64,000 bases of DNA from Betaproteobacteria bacterium (GTDB lineage: Bacteria; Pseudomonadota; Gammaproteobacteria; Burkholderiales; SG8-39): contig JACQTO010000080.1 of assembly GCA_016210745.1 (NCBI GenBank), positions 5,117 through 69,116 of the forward strand, in the 5' to 3' direction. Positions within the stretch are counted from its first letter, which is position 1. Every line of letters starts with the position of its first letter. Below, piece by piece: positions 46,981 to 58,279 of this stretch. Below the pieces are notes generated by a model, which was not told the DNA's origin, did not search any database, and was given only the letters and a program-made list of their open reading frames with translations. The translations under genes were made by a program, and so were the position numbers.

Positions 46981-48687
46981 TCAGGCGAGCAGTTCGCGCA
47001 CGTACCGATTGACTTCGGCTGCGCTATGGCGCCCGACCTTGCCGGTCGGAGGCACGGGATCCTTGTAGAAGGCCGGAAGCTCGTCGTCAGCCTCGGTAAA
47101 GCCCGCCGCCCGATTGAATTCCAATTCCATTTTCAGCACGTCGCGTCCCACCGCCTTCAATAGAGCCGCATCGAAGTTGGTGCCGTGCGCGTCATTGACC
47201 GCCGTCGCGATGAGGTCAAAGCTCACGTTGGTCACGGAACGCCCGAAAATGCACATGCCCAGGGAATCGACCGCCCCGACCAATGTCTGCACTTCGACGC
47301 TGGCCGCCGTCAGCTCCTTGGTCGTCTTGCCGTTGCAGTCGAAGGTCGGCGCGTGGCCAGCGGTGTGATCGGCGCCTTGCGCCGTGGTCATCATGGAAAT
47401 GCCGGTCACCTCGATGACGCGTGGATCGTAGGCGCTGATGCCTTGCTTCTTGATGGCAGGAACCCGGGCAACCTTGTAATGCGCGCCGACCCGGGCGGTC
47501 CCCTGGGCAAGCAGCCTGCCGCGTTCGCTGCCCCGGCGAATGTCCTCCAGGGCGGCCATCATGAAGCCGACATCGCCGAATGCGCCTTGTTTGGCTTCCA
47601 TCAGGACGCTCAGCGTGGCGCCGGCTTCGATGGAATCGACGCCCAGATCGTTGGCGACGAAATTCAATCGCGCCACGTCATCGGGATCGTCGAGACCGCA
47701 ATTGCAGCCCATCATGACGATGGTTTCGTATTCCAGCGGCGAGACGAGCTCCTTGCCGCTTTCGTCCACATAGACGTTGCTGCATTCGATCTGGCAACCT
47801 GGCATGCAGGCGTGCGAAGGTTGCCCGCCGCGGCTGATGATTCGATCGCGTATGTAGTCCCCGCCGAGCTTAAGGGGACCCTGCGAGGCTTCCACCAGCC
47901 GCCCGGAGCTGAAGTTGTTGACCGGAAGGCCGCCGACCTGGTTGGTAAAGTCGCCCATCATCGCCGTGCCCACGCGCCTGAAGACGTCGATCACCGGGTC
48001 TGTGCTTACGCGCTTGCCGTATTCCCGTATCGAGCCCATGAGTTTCTTGCGGTCATGGAAGGTCGGCATCTTGTCGATATCGACGACGATCGCCTTGACT
48101 TTCTTGCTCCCCATGACTGCGCCGACGCCCCCGCGGGCAGCAATGCGCGATGGCCGCCCATCGACATCGGGGAAGGTGATGCCCGCCATCAGGCCGAGAT
48201 ACTCGCCGACCGGACCGCACAGGGCGAAACTGACTTTCTTGCCGTATTTTTCGAACAGAAGCGCTGCGGCATCGAAGTTGCCTTTGCCCATGTACGGTGC
48301 GGCGCTATCGAATGTGACATTGCCTTCCTTGGTGATGCGGATGACGACCCATTCGCTCGATGCATCATTGAGCGTGAGCCCGGCGGTTTCGAGTTGACCG
48401 AGTGCGTAGGCGAAAGTGCCGCCGGAATTGGCTTCCTTGATACCCCCGGTGAGCGGGCTCCTGCAGCCCACGCAGATCCGGTTGGCATTGGAGAAGTTCG
48501 AGCCCGCGAACGGCCCGGCCGAAAAGATGAGCGGATTATCCGGCGACAGCGGGTCGATTCTTGCCACCCCGCGCGCGAGCAAGGTCCTGGCGATGTAGTG
48601 CCGGCCGGCGCGCACGACCGCGTCGCCGTGCATTTCCTCTGTCTTGACCGAGCGGTCCCGGAGGTTGATGTGTAGGTGCTTGCGCAT
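46981..48687 (-). CDS. Aldehyde:ferredoxin oxidoreductase family enzyme, second copy
   Basis: 'LHINLRDRSV..E.........GR......L' and 'GPFAGS......R..VG.RSPLTGG' are AOR N-domain motifs. 'D.IE.G' and 'EYET' regions are present. Confidence 0.85.
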   Translation of the reverse strand: MRKHLHINLRDRSVKTEEMHGDAVVRAGRHYIARTLLARGVARIDPLSPDNPLIFSAGPFAGSNFSNANRICVGCRSPLTGGIKEANSGGTFAYALGQLETAGLTLNDASSEWVVIRITKEGNVTFDSAAPYMGKGNFDAAALLFEKYGKKVSFALCGPVGEYLGLMAGITFPDVDGRPSRIAARGGVGAVMGSKKVKAIVVDIDKMPTFHDRKKLMGSIREYGKRVSTDPVIDVFRRVGTAMMGDFTNQVGGLPVNNFSSGRLVEASQGPLKLGGDYIRDRIISRGGQPSHACMPGCQIECSNVYVDESGKELVSPLEYETIVMMGCNCGLDDPDDVARLNFVANDLGVDSIEAGATLSVLMEAKQGAFGDVGFMMAALEDIRRGSERGRLLAQGTARVGAHYKVARVPAIKKQGISAYDPRVIEVTGISMMTTAQGADHTAGHAPTFDCNGKTTKELTAASVEVQTLVGAVDSLGMCIFGRSVTNVSFDLIATAVNDAHGTNFDAALLKAVGRDVLKMELEFNRAAGFTEADDELPAFYKDPVPPTGKVGRHSAAEVNRYVRELLA

Positions 48688-49297
48688 GTCGACTTCACCT
48701 TCTAAAGATGGAAAATTCAAAAAAATTCAGCCCGTCCATTTCCGGCGTGCCTTCTGGCTGAAATCCAGTAACAAAACCTGATCGGCACCGCGCTTATTTT
48801 GTCTATTCTCACCCCAAAGCGGCACCGCTTTTGACTCGCCACGATATTACTCCATTCGTCCGCCGCTTGTTTTCGGCGAATGCATGCGATCGACGGCGAC
48901 CGGTTCGATTCCCGCCGGCGCACGGATGCCGGCCCTCGGGAAGTCATGGATCGAACGCGGTTTGGCGAAACCGAATGATTGCCGCAAGATCGGCATGGAT
49001 AGGCAATCTTGCGGCGGTTGCGGCGGAGGAATCGCCGCCGCTTAGCGGGCATTCCGGTCATGCCGCTGATTGCCCCGCAGAATCCGAGTCCCGGCGTCGG
49101 TTATTGCCACGTCCCTCGGCGATGACTGAGAACCCGTTTCATAATGATCCGCGTGCTGCGAAATGGCGCCAAGCAGTGCGTCGCACAGCGTACCCCTTCC
49201 CGTTGAAATTCGCTTGGACGGGGAGTAGCATGAATCCACAACTCGAACGCGTCGCAAGGGAGGCTCGCTGATCGTTTGGTACAAAAGGAGTCTCATC

Positions 49298-49465
49298 ATG
49301 TGCTACGAATACGATTACAACTGGTACGAACTGTCTCTTGCAGCGGAGCGGTTGCGCAGAAGCAGAGAGAACAAAGAGAAAACGGAGCAAAAGAAAGAAG
49401 GAGCTCCATCGAAATCCACCGCGCCGGGGAAACGCGTGCAGGATAAGGAACCGGTTCCCGCATGA
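49298..49465 (+). CDS. Small ORF (55 aa) absent from the supplied track: MCYEYDYNWYELSLAAERLRRSRENKEKTEQKKEGAPSKSTAPGKRVQDKEPVPA
   Basis: AAGGAG lies 7 nt upstream of the ATG. A strong intrinsic terminator lies about 25 nt downstream of the stop. Confidence 0.45.
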   Translation: MCYEYDYNWYELSLAAERLRRSRENKEKTEQKKEGAPSKSTAPGKRVQDKEPVPA

Positions 49466-49491
49466 CCGACCGCTAGTTTCGGTCTCGATCG

Positions 49492-49521
49492 AAGACCCCG
49501 CGCCGCGGGGTCTTTTCGTTT
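49492..49521 (+). terminator. Intrinsic terminator AAGACCCCGCG/CGCGGGGTCTT + TTCGTTT
   Basis: 11-bp GC-rich stem read directly. The T-run is on the + strand only. Abuts the glnS stop on the other strand. Confidence 0.7.
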
Positions 49522-51319
49522 AAGAGCCTGCCTTACCCCATGAATCGCGCAAGGTCACTGCGCGGTTGAACACGGGCGCGCCCGCCTTCGAATCCTTCAG
49601 GTCTGCAACGAAGTAGCCATGGCGCTCGAACTGGAAACGCTCCTCGGGCTTCGCCTCCGTCAGCGCCGGTTCGAGCCACGCGCTGATGCTGCTTTTGGAA
49701 TCCGGGTTGATCTCTGCGAGAAACTCCACGGAGCCGGCGCCGGGGTTCGAAACCCTGAACAGGCGGTCGTAGAGCCGCACCTTGCCGGCGGCGGCATGCT
49801 GCGCCGATAGCCAGTGGATATTGCCCTTGACCTTTTTCTTCTCCGCCCCCGAAGCTCCGGCGCGGCCCGGGTCGGGGAGCTGACCCTGTGAACTCTTGGA
49901 GGCGGGGTCGTAGCTGCAATGAATGACCGCGACGTTGCCGCTTGCATCTTTCTCCACGCGCTCGCACTTCACGATATAAGCGTAGCGCAGGCGCACTTCG
50001 GCGCCCGGCGAGAGGCGGAAATATCCCTTGGACGGGTTCTCCATGAAATCCTCGCGTTCTATCCAAAGCTCGCGCGAAAACGGGATGGCGCGCTGGCCCC
50101 ACTCGGGTTTCTGCGGATGGTTGGGGGCTTGACACTGCTCCTCGCTGCCCTCCGGATAGTTGTCGATCACGAGCTTGACCGGGTCAAGCACCGCGATTCG
50201 GCGCGGCGCGCGCTCGTTCAGGTCCTCGCGCAGGCAGTCCTCGAGGATCGACATGTCGATGGTCGAGTTCTCCTTCGCCACGCCGATGCGCTCGGCGAAT
50301 AGTTGCAGGGATTCGGGCGTATAGCCGCGGCGCCGGAAGCCGACGATCGTCGGCAGCCTCGGGTCGTCCCAGCCCTCCACATGGCCATCCTCGACCAACT
50401 GGATCAGTTTGCGCTTGGAGAGCACCACGTAAGTGAGGTTCAGCCGAGCGAATTCGATCTGCCGCGGCAACGGCCGCGCCAACGCTCCGAAATCGGCCAG
50501 GCGTTCCAGTACCCAGTCGTAGAGCGGCCGATGGTCCTCGAACTCCAGCGTGCATATCGAATGCGTGATGTTCTCCAATGCGTCCGAGATACAGTGGGTG
50601 TAGTCGTACATCGGATAAATGCACCAGGCGTCGCCGGTGCGGTGATGGTGCGCATGGCGGATGCGGTAGATCACCGGGTCGCGCATGTTGATGTTGCCCG
50701 ATGCCATGTCGATCTTCAGGCGCAGCACGTGCGCGCCGTCGGGGAACTCCCCGGCGCGCATACGGCGGAAAAGGTCCAGGCTCTCCGCGGGCGGCCGATC
50801 GCGGTAAGGACTGTTTTCTCCGCCTTCGGTCAGCGTGCCGCGCAGGGCGCGCAGTTCGTCGGCGCTGAGGCTCTCGACATAAGCCAGGCCGTGCTCGATG
50901 AACATTTCCGCGAAACGGTACAGGGTCTCGAAGTAGTCCGATGCATAGTAAAGGTGCTCGCCCCAGTCGCCGCCGAGCCAGCGCACGGCGTCGAGGATCG
51001 AGTCGACGTACTCCTGTTCCTCTTTCGTCGGATTGGTATCGTCGAAGCGCATGTGGCATAGGCCGCCATAGTCGCGCGCCAGACCGAAGTTGAGCAGAAT
51101 GGATTTGGCATGTCCGATGTGAAGGTAACCGTTGGGCTCGGGCGGAAAACGCGTGCGGATGCGCGCCGGATCGGCGGGGGCCCCGGCATGTGCGGCCGCC
51201 GGGCCGGGCCGGCCACCCCAGCGGCGCGAGGCGTACTTGCCCGTGCGCAGGTCTTCCTCGACGATGTTGCGCACGAAGTTGGTCGCGGCGGCGGCTTTCG
51301 ATGAATTCTCGGCTTTCAA
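49520..51319 (-). CDS. glnS: Glutamine--tRNA ligase
   Basis: '[19 protein letters not shown]' is the HIGH motif, followed by 'DDTNP' and 'LSKRK' (KMSKS-like). Confidence 0.95.
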   Translation of the reverse strand: MKAENSSKAAAATNFVRNIVEEDLRTGKYASRRWGGRPGPAAAHAGAPADPARIRTRFPPEPNGYLHIGHAKSILLNFGLARDYGGLCHMRFDDTNPTKEEQEYVDSILDAVRWLGGDWGEHLYYASDYFETLYRFAEMFIEHGLAYVESLSADELRALRGTLTEGGENSPYRDRPPAESLDLFRRMRAGEFPDGAHVLRLKIDMASGNINMRDPVIYRIRHAHHHRTGDAWCIYPMYDYTHCISDALENITHSICTLEFEDHRPLYDWVLERLADFGALARPLPRQIEFARLNLTYVVLSKRKLIQLVEDGHVEGWDDPRLPTIVGFRRRGYTPESLQLFAERIGVAKENSTIDMSILEDCLREDLNERAPRRIAVLDPVKLVIDNYPEGSEEQCQAPNHPQKPEWGQRAIPFSRELWIEREDFMENPSKGYFRLSPGAEVRLRYAYIVKCERVEKDASGNVAVIHCSYDPASKSSQGQLPDPGRAGASGAEKKKVKGNIHWLSAQHAAAGKVRLYDRLFRVSNPGAGSVEFLAEINPDSKSSISAWLEPALTEAKPEERFQFERHGYFVADLKDSKAGAPVFNRAVTLRDSWGKAGS

Positions 51320-51415
51320 GGATATCGACTCGACTAGGACAGGGGCGTTGGGGGCTCATTATTTTACTCGGCTTCGTCCTTCGGCATCATTTGTTAATCT
51401 GCATCACACCACTGC

Positions 51416-52039
51416 GTGGCACAATCTTTCAAGATATCGGTCTGCTATCGATTCGCGGGAGCAAACTTGAAGAAGACCTCGGGCAAGCAAGTGACGAAAA
51501 CGAAGCGCGCGCCCGCCAAGACGCGTCGGCCTGCCGCTCAAGGGCAGTCGAAGCCCGGCGCCGCGTCGGTTGCCGATTTTTATGCGCACGCGATTGCGAT
51601 CGAGCGTGAGGCCGCGGAGAACTATCGCGATCTGGCCGCGCAGATGCGCAACCTCGGTAATCAGGAAATCGCCGGCCTGTTCGAGCGGCTGGCGAATATG
51701 GAGCAACTGCACGCTCTCGGACTGCAGACACGGGCCAAGGGAATCAAGCTGCCGCGGCTCCCGGCCAAAGCGCATGCGTGGCTCGATGCGGGACCGACGG
51801 AGGTGCCGCGCTATGAGCTCTTGTTCAGCCGGGTGCAACGGCACCACGTACTGTTGCTTGCACTGCGGGCCGAGCGCCACGCCAAGGAATACTTCGAGCG
51901 CATCGGCAAGCGCAGCGACAAAGCGGAGATTCGCAAGCTCGCGGCGGAGCTGGCGGCGGACGAAGCCGAACACATAAGCTGGATCGAACTGGCGATCGAG
52001 CGTGAACCGCAGCCTGCGGTTGAGGACGATTTCGCCTAA
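51416..52039 (+). CDS. Ferritin-like/rubrerythrin-family domain protein with basic N-terminal extension
   Basis: Paired 'E..H'-type helices ('IEREAAENYRDLA', 'MEQLHA', 'AERHAKEYF', 'ADEAEHISW'). A TTG start at 51466 with a GGGAG RBS is an alternative. Confidence 0.55.
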   Translation: MAQSFKISVCYRFAGANLKKTSGKQVTKTKRAPAKTRRPAAQGQSKPGAASVADFYAHAIAIEREAAENYRDLAAQMRNLGNQEIAGLFERLANMEQLHALGLQTRAKGIKLPRLPAKAHAWLDAGPTEVPRYELLFSRVQRHHVLLLALRAERHAKEYFERIGKRSDKAEIRKLAAELAADEAEHISWIELAIEREPQPAVEDDFA

Positions 52040-52190
52040 GCCGGCAGAGCCGGAACCGAACAGGGTGGTTTTGCCGTTTATCAATCTCCCCTATTTCGCG
52101 CAGGTGCTTGCAACTGCGCGAAAAAGGGGAGACGAATTCAGAAACTCAATCTTCGCCAAATTTGTCAACTATAGACTTGTAAGTGCCTAA
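52035..52190 (+). repeat. Dispersed ~155-nt element, copy A3 (hairpin at 52085-52132); its first bases contain the TAA stop of the upstream gene
   Basis: CCTAAGCCGGCAGAGCCGGAACC...GTTTTGCCGTTTATCAATCTCCCCTATTTCGCGCAGGTGCttGCAACTGCGCGAAAAAGGGGAGACGAATTCAGAAACTCAATCTTCGCCAAATTTGTCAAC...ACTTGTAAGTGCCTAAGG. Confidence 0.75.
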
Positions 52191-52347
52191 GGCCCAACGA
52201 CGCCTTCGCGGCAAGGGAGGACGTCCCGATCGCATCGGCCCGTCCGGCAGACGGGCTGCTAGAATAGCTACCCTACACGGGAGCATTGGATCGGCCGCGC
52301 GGCAGGCAGCCATCCCGTTTTGGCGGGCAACGCACACGTGGCTAAAT

Positions 52348-52971
52348 ATGAAACAGGCGCTTAAAGTCTATTCGATCGACGGCGTCACTCCCGTCGTCGA
52401 TCCCACCGCATTCGTTCATCCCAGCGCCGTTCTGATCGGTGACGTGATTGTCGGACCAGGCGTGTACGTCGGGCCGTGCGCGTCCCTGCGCGGGGATTTC
52501 GGCCGGCTGGTGATCAGGGAAGGCGCAAATATCCAGGACTGCTGCATCGTCCACGGATTCCCCGATGCCGACACGGTCATCGGGCGAAACGGCCATATCG
52601 GCCACGGCGCCATCATTCATGGCGCGGTGATCGGCGACAATGCCCTCATCGGAATGAACGCCGTGATCAACGACTATGCCGAAATCGGCGAGTCGGCGGT
52701 CGTCGCCGCGCTCGCGTTCGTCAAAGCACAGGATAAAGTCCCCCCGCGCTCGCTCGCCGCCGGGATTCCGGCGCGAGTGCTGCGCGAACTCACCAAGGCC
52801 GAGCTCGACTGGAAGGCGGGAGGCACGCGCTTGTATCAGAACCTCACGCTGAGGTCGCTCAAGACCATGCGTGCCTGCGCGCCGCTCATCAAGGAGCGTG
52901 CCAAGCGCAAGCGCTTCAACCTGCCCGAGGTGCTGCCGCTGTCCGTGCTGAAGAAAAAATCCCCGCGATAA
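52348..52971 (+). CDS. Left-handed beta-helix (hexapeptide) protein of the gamma-carbonic-anhydrase/PaaY/CaiE family
   Basis: '[23 protein letters not shown]...I..G.N.QD...VH'. The start is taken at MKQALK. Confidence 0.75.
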   Translation: MKQALKVYSIDGVTPVVDPTAFVHPSAVLIGDVIVGPGVYVGPCASLRGDFGRLVIREGANIQDCCIVHGFPDADTVIGRNGHIGHGAIIHGAVIGDNALIGMNAVINDYAEIGESAVVAALAFVKAQDKVPPRSLAAGIPARVLRELTKAELDWKAGGTRLYQNLTLRSLKTMRACAPLIKERAKRKRFNLPEVLPLSVLKKKSPR

Positions 52972-52988
52972 TCCATCAGGATCCTGCC

Positions 52989-53765
52989 ATGACTTATCAA
53001 AACATCGTTACCGAGGTGCGCGGCCGAGTCGGCCTGATCACGCTCAACCGGCCCAAGGCGCTCAACGCACTCAACGACCAGCTCATGGACGAGCTGGGCC
53101 AGGCCTTGGGCGGGTTCGACAGCGACGAGGCGATCGGCGCGATCGTCATCACCGGCAGCGAGAAAGCGTTCGCCGCAGGCGCCGACATCGCCGCCATGAA
53201 GGACTGGAGCTACATGGATGTGTACAAGTCCGAATACATAACGCGCAACTGGGAGCGGCTTCGCTCGGTGAGGAAGCCGGTGATCGCGGCAGTGGCGGGA
53301 TTCGCGCTGGGCGGGGGTTGCGAACTGGCGATGATGTGCGACATCGTCATCGCCGCGGAGACGGCGAAGTTCGGCCAGCCCGAAGTCAAGATCGGCTTCA
53401 TGCCCGGCGCCAGCGGCACCCAGCGCCTGCCGCGCGCGGTGGGCAAGGCGAAAGCGATGGACCTGATCCTGACGGCCAGGATGATGGGCGCGGAGGAAGC
53501 CGAGCGCGCGGGCCTGGTCTCACGCGTCGTTCCGGCCGACAAGCTGCTCGAGGAAGCGCTGGCGGCGGCCTCGCAGATCGCGGGGTTCTCACTGCCCTCG
53601 ATAATGGCCGCAAAGGAGGCTGTCAACCGTGCCTACGAGGTTCCCCTGGCCGAAGGGATCCTGTTCGAGCGGCGCATGATGCACTCGTTGTTCGCCACCG
53701 AAGACCAGAAGGAAGGCATGGCGGCGTTCGTGGAAAAGCGAAAGCCTGTCTTCAAGCACCGTTGA
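52989..53765 (+). CDS. Enoyl-CoA hydratase (crotonase family, short-chain type)
   Basis: '[12 protein letters not shown]', 'AGADI' and '[11 protein letters not shown]' motifs. 258 aa. Confidence 0.9.
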   Translation: MTYQNIVTEVRGRVGLITLNRPKALNALNDQLMDELGQALGGFDSDEAIGAIVITGSEKAFAAGADIAAMKDWSYMDVYKSEYITRNWERLRSVRKPVIAAVAGFALGGGCELAMMCDIVIAAETAKFGQPEVKIGFMPGASGTQRLPRAVGKAKAMDLILTARMMGAEEAERAGLVSRVVPADKLLEEALAAASQIAGFSLPSIMAAKEAVNRAYEVPLAEGILFERRMMHSLFATEDQKEGMAAFVEKRKPVFKHR

Positions 53766-53934
53766 TCGCCGAAGAATTCCCGCGCCCGGTCGATAAGACG
53801 GGATCATCTGGCGGGCTGGAGCGCGCCAAGCGCGCCCGGGCGACCCTCGCCGGGAACGGCGGCGTGACTGCCTGCGCCGCTGCCTGTATCGAAGGGTGGT
53901 TCAGGCCGATGGCCTCGCCTGTGTTCGGTTTGGC

Positions 53935-55140
53935 ATGACGAGCACCATTGCCCGGCGCGAGGTGTCCCTCGCGCTAGTGGTGCTCGCGGGCGTGCAATTC
54001 ACCCAGGTCCTCGACTTCATGCTGCTCATGCCCCTTGGGGCGCAGCTCATGCGCCTGTTTAACATCACGCCGATGCAGTTCGGTTTCTTCACCGCGCTCT
54101 ACACCGCGGGTGCCGCGGTATCGGGGTTCGCGGGCGCATTCATCATCGACCGGTTCGATCGCAAGCGCGCGCTGCTTGCGCTCTATGCCGGTTTTGCGCT
54201 TACGACGCTGGTGTGCGCCCTGGCACCGGGTTACGGCGCGCTGCTCGCCGCTCGAACCCTGGCGGGCGTGTTCGGCGGCGTCCTGGCAGCGAATGTCTAC
54301 GCCATCGTCGGCGATGTGGTGCCCGAGGGGCGCCGCGGCAGGGCCCTGGCCTTCGTCATGGGTGCATCTTCGATCGCTTCTGTCATCGGGGTGCCGATCA
54401 GCCTGTTCCTCGCCAATCATTTCACCTGGCGTGCCCCCTACCTGTTTCTCACCGCGCTGTCCTCGCTCATTCTGCTGTGCGGCTGGAAATTCATCCCGCC
54501 GCTGCACGCGCACGTCGAGGCGGTTCGCAGCCAGCAGTTGTTCGCGCAGGCCCGCGGCGTCTTCGCCGAGCCGAATCACATCCGGGCCTTTGCGTTCTCG
54601 GGACTGCTGATGATCACCGGGTTCCTGCTGTTTCCTTTCGTTGCGCCTTATCTGGTCGTGAATGTCGGGGTAAGCGAATCCGAGCTGCCGCTAATCTATT
54701 TTTTCGGCGGACTCTCCGCCATGGCTGCGGTTCGCCTGATCGGGCGGCTCACCGATCGCGATCGCAAACGCCGGGTTTTCCCGGCCGTCGCAGCCCTGTC
54801 GATCGTTGCAGCGCTTGTCATCACGCACCTACCCCGGCTGCCGTTTTTTGCCGTGGTATTGATCTCGATGTTCATGTGGGCGGTGTTCCCGCCGCGCATG
54901 GTCCCGGCGATGGCGCTGATTACCTCGGCGGTGGTGCCGCGGCTGCGCGGCAGCTTCATGAGCTTCAACGCCTCGATCCAGCAGGTCTGCGCGGGAGCCG
55001 CCGCGACCGTTGCCAGCCTGATTGTCGGCAAGGCCGAGGACGGCTCGCTCACGCACTTCGGTACCGTGGGGCTGTTGTCCGCGCTGGCGACGATCGGATG
55101 CATCGCGCTGGCGCGGCGAGTGAAGAGCGTGCCCCAATAG
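53935..55140 (+). CDS. MFS transporter
   Basis: 12 hydrophobic spans, and a 'DRFDRKR' loop between TM2 and TM3. Confidence 0.8.
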   Translation: MTSTIARREVSLALVVLAGVQFTQVLDFMLLMPLGAQLMRLFNITPMQFGFFTALYTAGAAVSGFAGAFIIDRFDRKRALLALYAGFALTTLVCALAPGYGALLAARTLAGVFGGVLAANVYAIVGDVVPEGRRGRALAFVMGASSIASVIGVPISLFLANHFTWRAPYLFLTALSSLILLCGWKFIPPLHAHVEAVRSQQLFAQARGVFAEPNHIRAFAFSGLLMITGFLLFPFVAPYLVVNVGVSESELPLIYFFGGLSAMAAVRLIGRLTDRDRKRRVFPAVAALSIVAALVITHLPRLPFFAVVLISMFMWAVFPPRMVPAMALITSAVVPRLRGSFMSFNASIQQVCAGAAATVASLIVGKAEDGSLTHFGTVGLLSALATIGCIALARRVKSVPQ

Positions 55141-55287
55141 CGCTGCCCGGCCGCTCGTGCCGGTCAGGCCAAGCGGCCTGAAGGATCTGCCTTACAATGA
55201 GGAAAAAGCGGATTCTGGGGAGTGATTGTCAGAATAACGGCATTCCGGAAAACATGATCGGGTTGCGCCCATGCGAGAGGAGGAAAC

Positions 55288-56958
55288 ATGGAAAAGATCT
55301 GGCTAAAGCACTATCCCCCCGGCGTTCCGGCCGAGATCGACTATAAGCAATTCGGATCGCTCGGCGAGCTGTTCGAGAAATGCACCGAGCAGTTCCACGA
55401 CCGTCCCGCCTACACCAACATGGGCGGGGTGATACGTTTCGGTGAGCTGGAGCGCATGTCGCGGGCATTCGGCGCCTGGCTGCGGGGCAAGGGCCTCGCC
55501 AAGGGCGCGCGCGTGGCCATCATGATGCCAAACTGCCTGCAATACCCAGTGTGCATTTTCGGCGTCCTACGCGCCGGGTACACCGTGGTGAACGTCAATC
55601 CGCTCTATACGGCGCGGGAGCTCGAGCACCAGCTCAAGGACTCGGGGGCCGAGGCGATCGTGGTGCTTGAAAATTTTGCCGCAGTGTTGCAGGAGGTGAT
55701 CGCAAGAACACCGGTGAAACACGTGGTGGTCGCGGCACTGGGGGACCTGCTCGGCATCAAGGGCGCGATCGTCAATTTTGTTGTCCGCCATGTGAAGAAG
55801 ATGGTGCCCTCGTGGGATCTGCCGCAGGCAATTCGTTTCAACCGGATGCTCGGCGAGGGCGCAGGCATGGCGCTTGCGAGGGTCGAGGTGCGGCAGGAAG
55901 ATACTGCGTTCCTGCAGTACACCGGCGGTACAACCGGCGTGTCCAAGGGTGCGGTCCTGACGCACCGGAACATCCTCGCCAACCTGGAGCAGGCGTGCGC
56001 GTGGCTGAAGCCGTTCATGCGCGAGGACGAGGTGCAGGTGATGATCACCGCGTTGCCGCTCTACCATATCTTTTCGCTTACCGCGAACTGCCTGCTCATG
56101 ACCAAACTGGGCGGCTGCAACGTCCTCATCACCAATCCGCGCGACATGCCGGGATTCGTCAAGGAATTGGCGAAGCACAAGTTCACCATGATCACCGGCG
56201 TCAACACGCTCTTCAACGCGCTGCTCAACCAGCCAGACTTCGCCAAGCTCGATTTCTCCAGTCTGCGCATATCGCTCGGAGGCGGCATGGCGGTGGTAAA
56301 AGCGGTTGCCGAGCGCTGGAAGCAGGTGACCGGCTGCACGCTGGTGGAAGCTTACGGTTTGTCGGAGACTTCGCCCGCCGCAACCATCAACCCCATCGAC
56401 CTGAAAGCCTACAACGGTGCGATCGGGCTGCCGATTCCCTCGACCGAGGTCTCGATCCGCGGCGACGACGGCAAGGAAGTGGCGCTCGGCCAACCCGGCG
56501 AAATCTGCATCCGCGGACCGCAGGTGATGGCCGGGTACTGGCAACGGCCCGAGGAGACGGCGAAAGTGATGACCCCGGACGGCTACTTCACCACCGGCGA
56601 CATCGGCGTCATGGACGAGCAGGGGTATGTGCGGGTGGTCGATCGCAAGAAGGACATGATCCTGGTGTCGGGATTCAACGTCTACCCGAACGAGGTCGAA
56701 GCGGTCGTCATGAGCCATCCGGGCGTACTCGAATGCGCGGCCATCGGCGTGCCCGACGCGAATTCCGGAGAGGCGGTCAAGCTGTTCGTGGTGAGGAAGG
56801 ATCCGGCCCTCACCGAGGCCGATGTTCGCAAACACTGCGAGGAAAACCTCACCGGCTACAAGCGGCCGAAGCGAATCGAGTTCAGAGATGAGTTGCCCAA
56901 GACCAACGTGGGCAAGATACTGCGGCGGATGCTCAGGGACGAGAAGAAGCCCGGGTGA
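55288..56958 (+). CDS. fadD: Long-chain-fatty-acid--CoA ligase
   Basis: '[16 protein letters not shown]', '[12 protein letters not shown]' (AMP motif), 'TGD', 'GYKRPK'. Confidence 0.9.
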   Translation: MEKIWLKHYPPGVPAEIDYKQFGSLGELFEKCTEQFHDRPAYTNMGGVIRFGELERMSRAFGAWLRGKGLAKGARVAIMMPNCLQYPVCIFGVLRAGYTVVNVNPLYTARELEHQLKDSGAEAIVVLENFAAVLQEVIARTPVKHVVVAALGDLLGIKGAIVNFVVRHVKKMVPSWDLPQAIRFNRMLGEGAGMALARVEVRQEDTAFLQYTGGTTGVSKGAVLTHRNILANLEQACAWLKPFMREDEVQVMITALPLYHIFSLTANCLLMTKLGGCNVLITNPRDMPGFVKELAKHKFTMITGVNTLFNALLNQPDFAKLDFSSLRISLGGGMAVVKAVAERWKQVTGCTLVEAYGLSETSPAATINPIDLKAYNGAIGLPIPSTEVSIRGDDGKEVALGQPGEICIRGPQVMAGYWQRPEETAKVMTPDGYFTTGDIGVMDEQGYVRVVDRKKDMILVSGFNVYPNEVEAVVMSHPGVLECAAIGVPDANSGEAVKLFVVRKDPALTEADVRKHCEENLTGYKRPKRIEFRDELPKTNVGKILRRMLRDEKKPG

Positions 56959-58144
56959 TTGGAGCCCGTCGCACCAGGAGCTGAAAGCTCAAGAACGCGC
57001 CCCAAGTTCCGATCCCGATCGCGGCCGCCATGGGCATCGGCGTGCCGTCGTATAGCCGCCCGACCACATAACCCGCCAGCGAGCCGAAGCTGAGTTGCAC
57101 GAAGCCGAACAGCGCCGAGGCTGTTCCCGCGATACGGGTATACGGTCCGATTGCGCCCGCGATGGCGGCCGGTTGCGTGAAGCCAACTGAGACCAGAAAC
57201 ACAAAATACGGCGCGATGATGGCAGCGACCGAATGCACGCCGGCAAATGCGAGCGCGACCATCGCCGTGCCGGCGGCCATGCCCAGGGCGGTGCCCCATG
57301 CGAGCAGGCGGTCGGCGCCGAACCTGGCGACCCAGCGTACGGTGACAAAACTGCCGCCCATATAGCCCAGAATCGTGAGACTGAAAAGCAGGCCGAACTC
57401 CAGCGCCGACACGCCGAGCAGTTCCATGAGAACGAACGACGCGCCGGAGTGGAAGGCAAGGATGCAGGCGAACACGAATGCGTTGCACAGGATGTATCCC
57501 CAGATGCGCCGGTTGGCGGCCAGCGTGGCGTAATTCTTCAGCATCTGTCCGATATCGGTGTCGCGCGGGTTCCGGTCCGGGTGCGATTCATCCAGGAGCA
57601 GTGCTGCCGCGAGCGTCAACACGGCGCCGAACGCCAGCAGAAAACCGAAATTGGCGCGCCAGCCGAAGGACTGTTCGAGCTGGCCGGCGATGATCGGACC
57701 AACCACGATGAGCAAGGACTGGCTCACGCCGATGATCCCCATCATGCGCGCGGTGCCCTCGGCGCCGTGGATGTCGCGCACGACGGCGCGACCGACCACC
57801 GCCCAGGCGCAGCCGCCTATTGCCTGGAAGAAGCGCGCCGCTATCAGGACTTCGATCGAGGGGGCGACGGCGCAGGCGACGGTGGCGAACAGGTACACGA
57901 GGTTGCCGGCGAGCATCGTGGTGCGGCGGCCGTAGCGGTCCGATAGTGGGCCGTACACGAGCTGCGACAACGCAAAGGCGAGAACGAACGCCGACAGCGT
58001 GAGCTGGGCCTGCGACACGCTGATGCCGAAGTAGCGCACCATGCCGGGCAGCGAAGCCAAGGTCATGTCGGTCGACAATCCGAACGAGGCAAAACCGGCC
58101 GCGATTATCGCGATAACCCCAGGATGCTTGAGTGGAAGTTTCAC
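56933..58144 (-). CDS. Bcr/CflA-family MFS efflux transporter
   Basis: 'LPGM...F........QLTLSAF...[17 protein letters not shown]' is the typical Bcr N-terminus. Converges on and overlaps fadD by 26 nt. Confidence 0.8.
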   Translation of the reverse strand: MKLPLKHPGVIAIIAAGFASFGLSTDMTLASLPGMVRYFGISVSQAQLTLSAFVLAFALSQLVYGPLSDRYGRRTTMLAGNLVYLFATVACAVAPSIEVLIAARFFQAIGGCAWAVVGRAVVRDIHGAEGTARMMGIIGVSQSLLIVVGPIIAGQLEQSFGWRANFGFLLAFGAVLTLAAALLLDESHPDRNPRDTDIGQMLKNYATLAANRRIWGYILCNAFVFACILAFHSGASFVLMELLGVSALEFGLLFSLTILGYMGGSFVTVRWVARFGADRLLAWGTALGMAAGTAMVALAFAGVHSVAAIIAPYFVFLVSVGFTQPAAIAGAIGPYTRIAGTASALFGFVQLSFGSLAGYVVGRLYDGTPMPMAAAIGIGTWGAFLSFQLLVRRAPITRASSRP

Positions 58145-58279
58145 TGGACGGATCTAATGAAGCAATTGCGCGCCTTCGGCTGCGAAGGGGCGGTGATTTC
58201 GTTAGTGCGGGATCCTGGTAATGCGGGACGGCTCAGTTGCGCCGCTCCCAATTACGACGCAGGTTCTTCAATATCCTGT

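Noticed and set aside
48781-48835. Two GGCAC-N5-TT motifs (CGGCACCGCGCTTAT, CGGCACCGCTTTTGA) as sigma-54 promoters.
   Set aside because: The -12 element is TTAT/TTGA instead of TTGC. They point away from AOR2 and lie about 450 nt from the small ORF. The match is too weak to call.
3577-52190. The recurring long hairpins as a CRISPR array or attC sites.
   Set aside because: The copies are kilobases apart, in both orientations, each embedded in conserved non-palindromic flanks. There is no regular repeat-spacer periodicity, and no cas or integron integrase gene.
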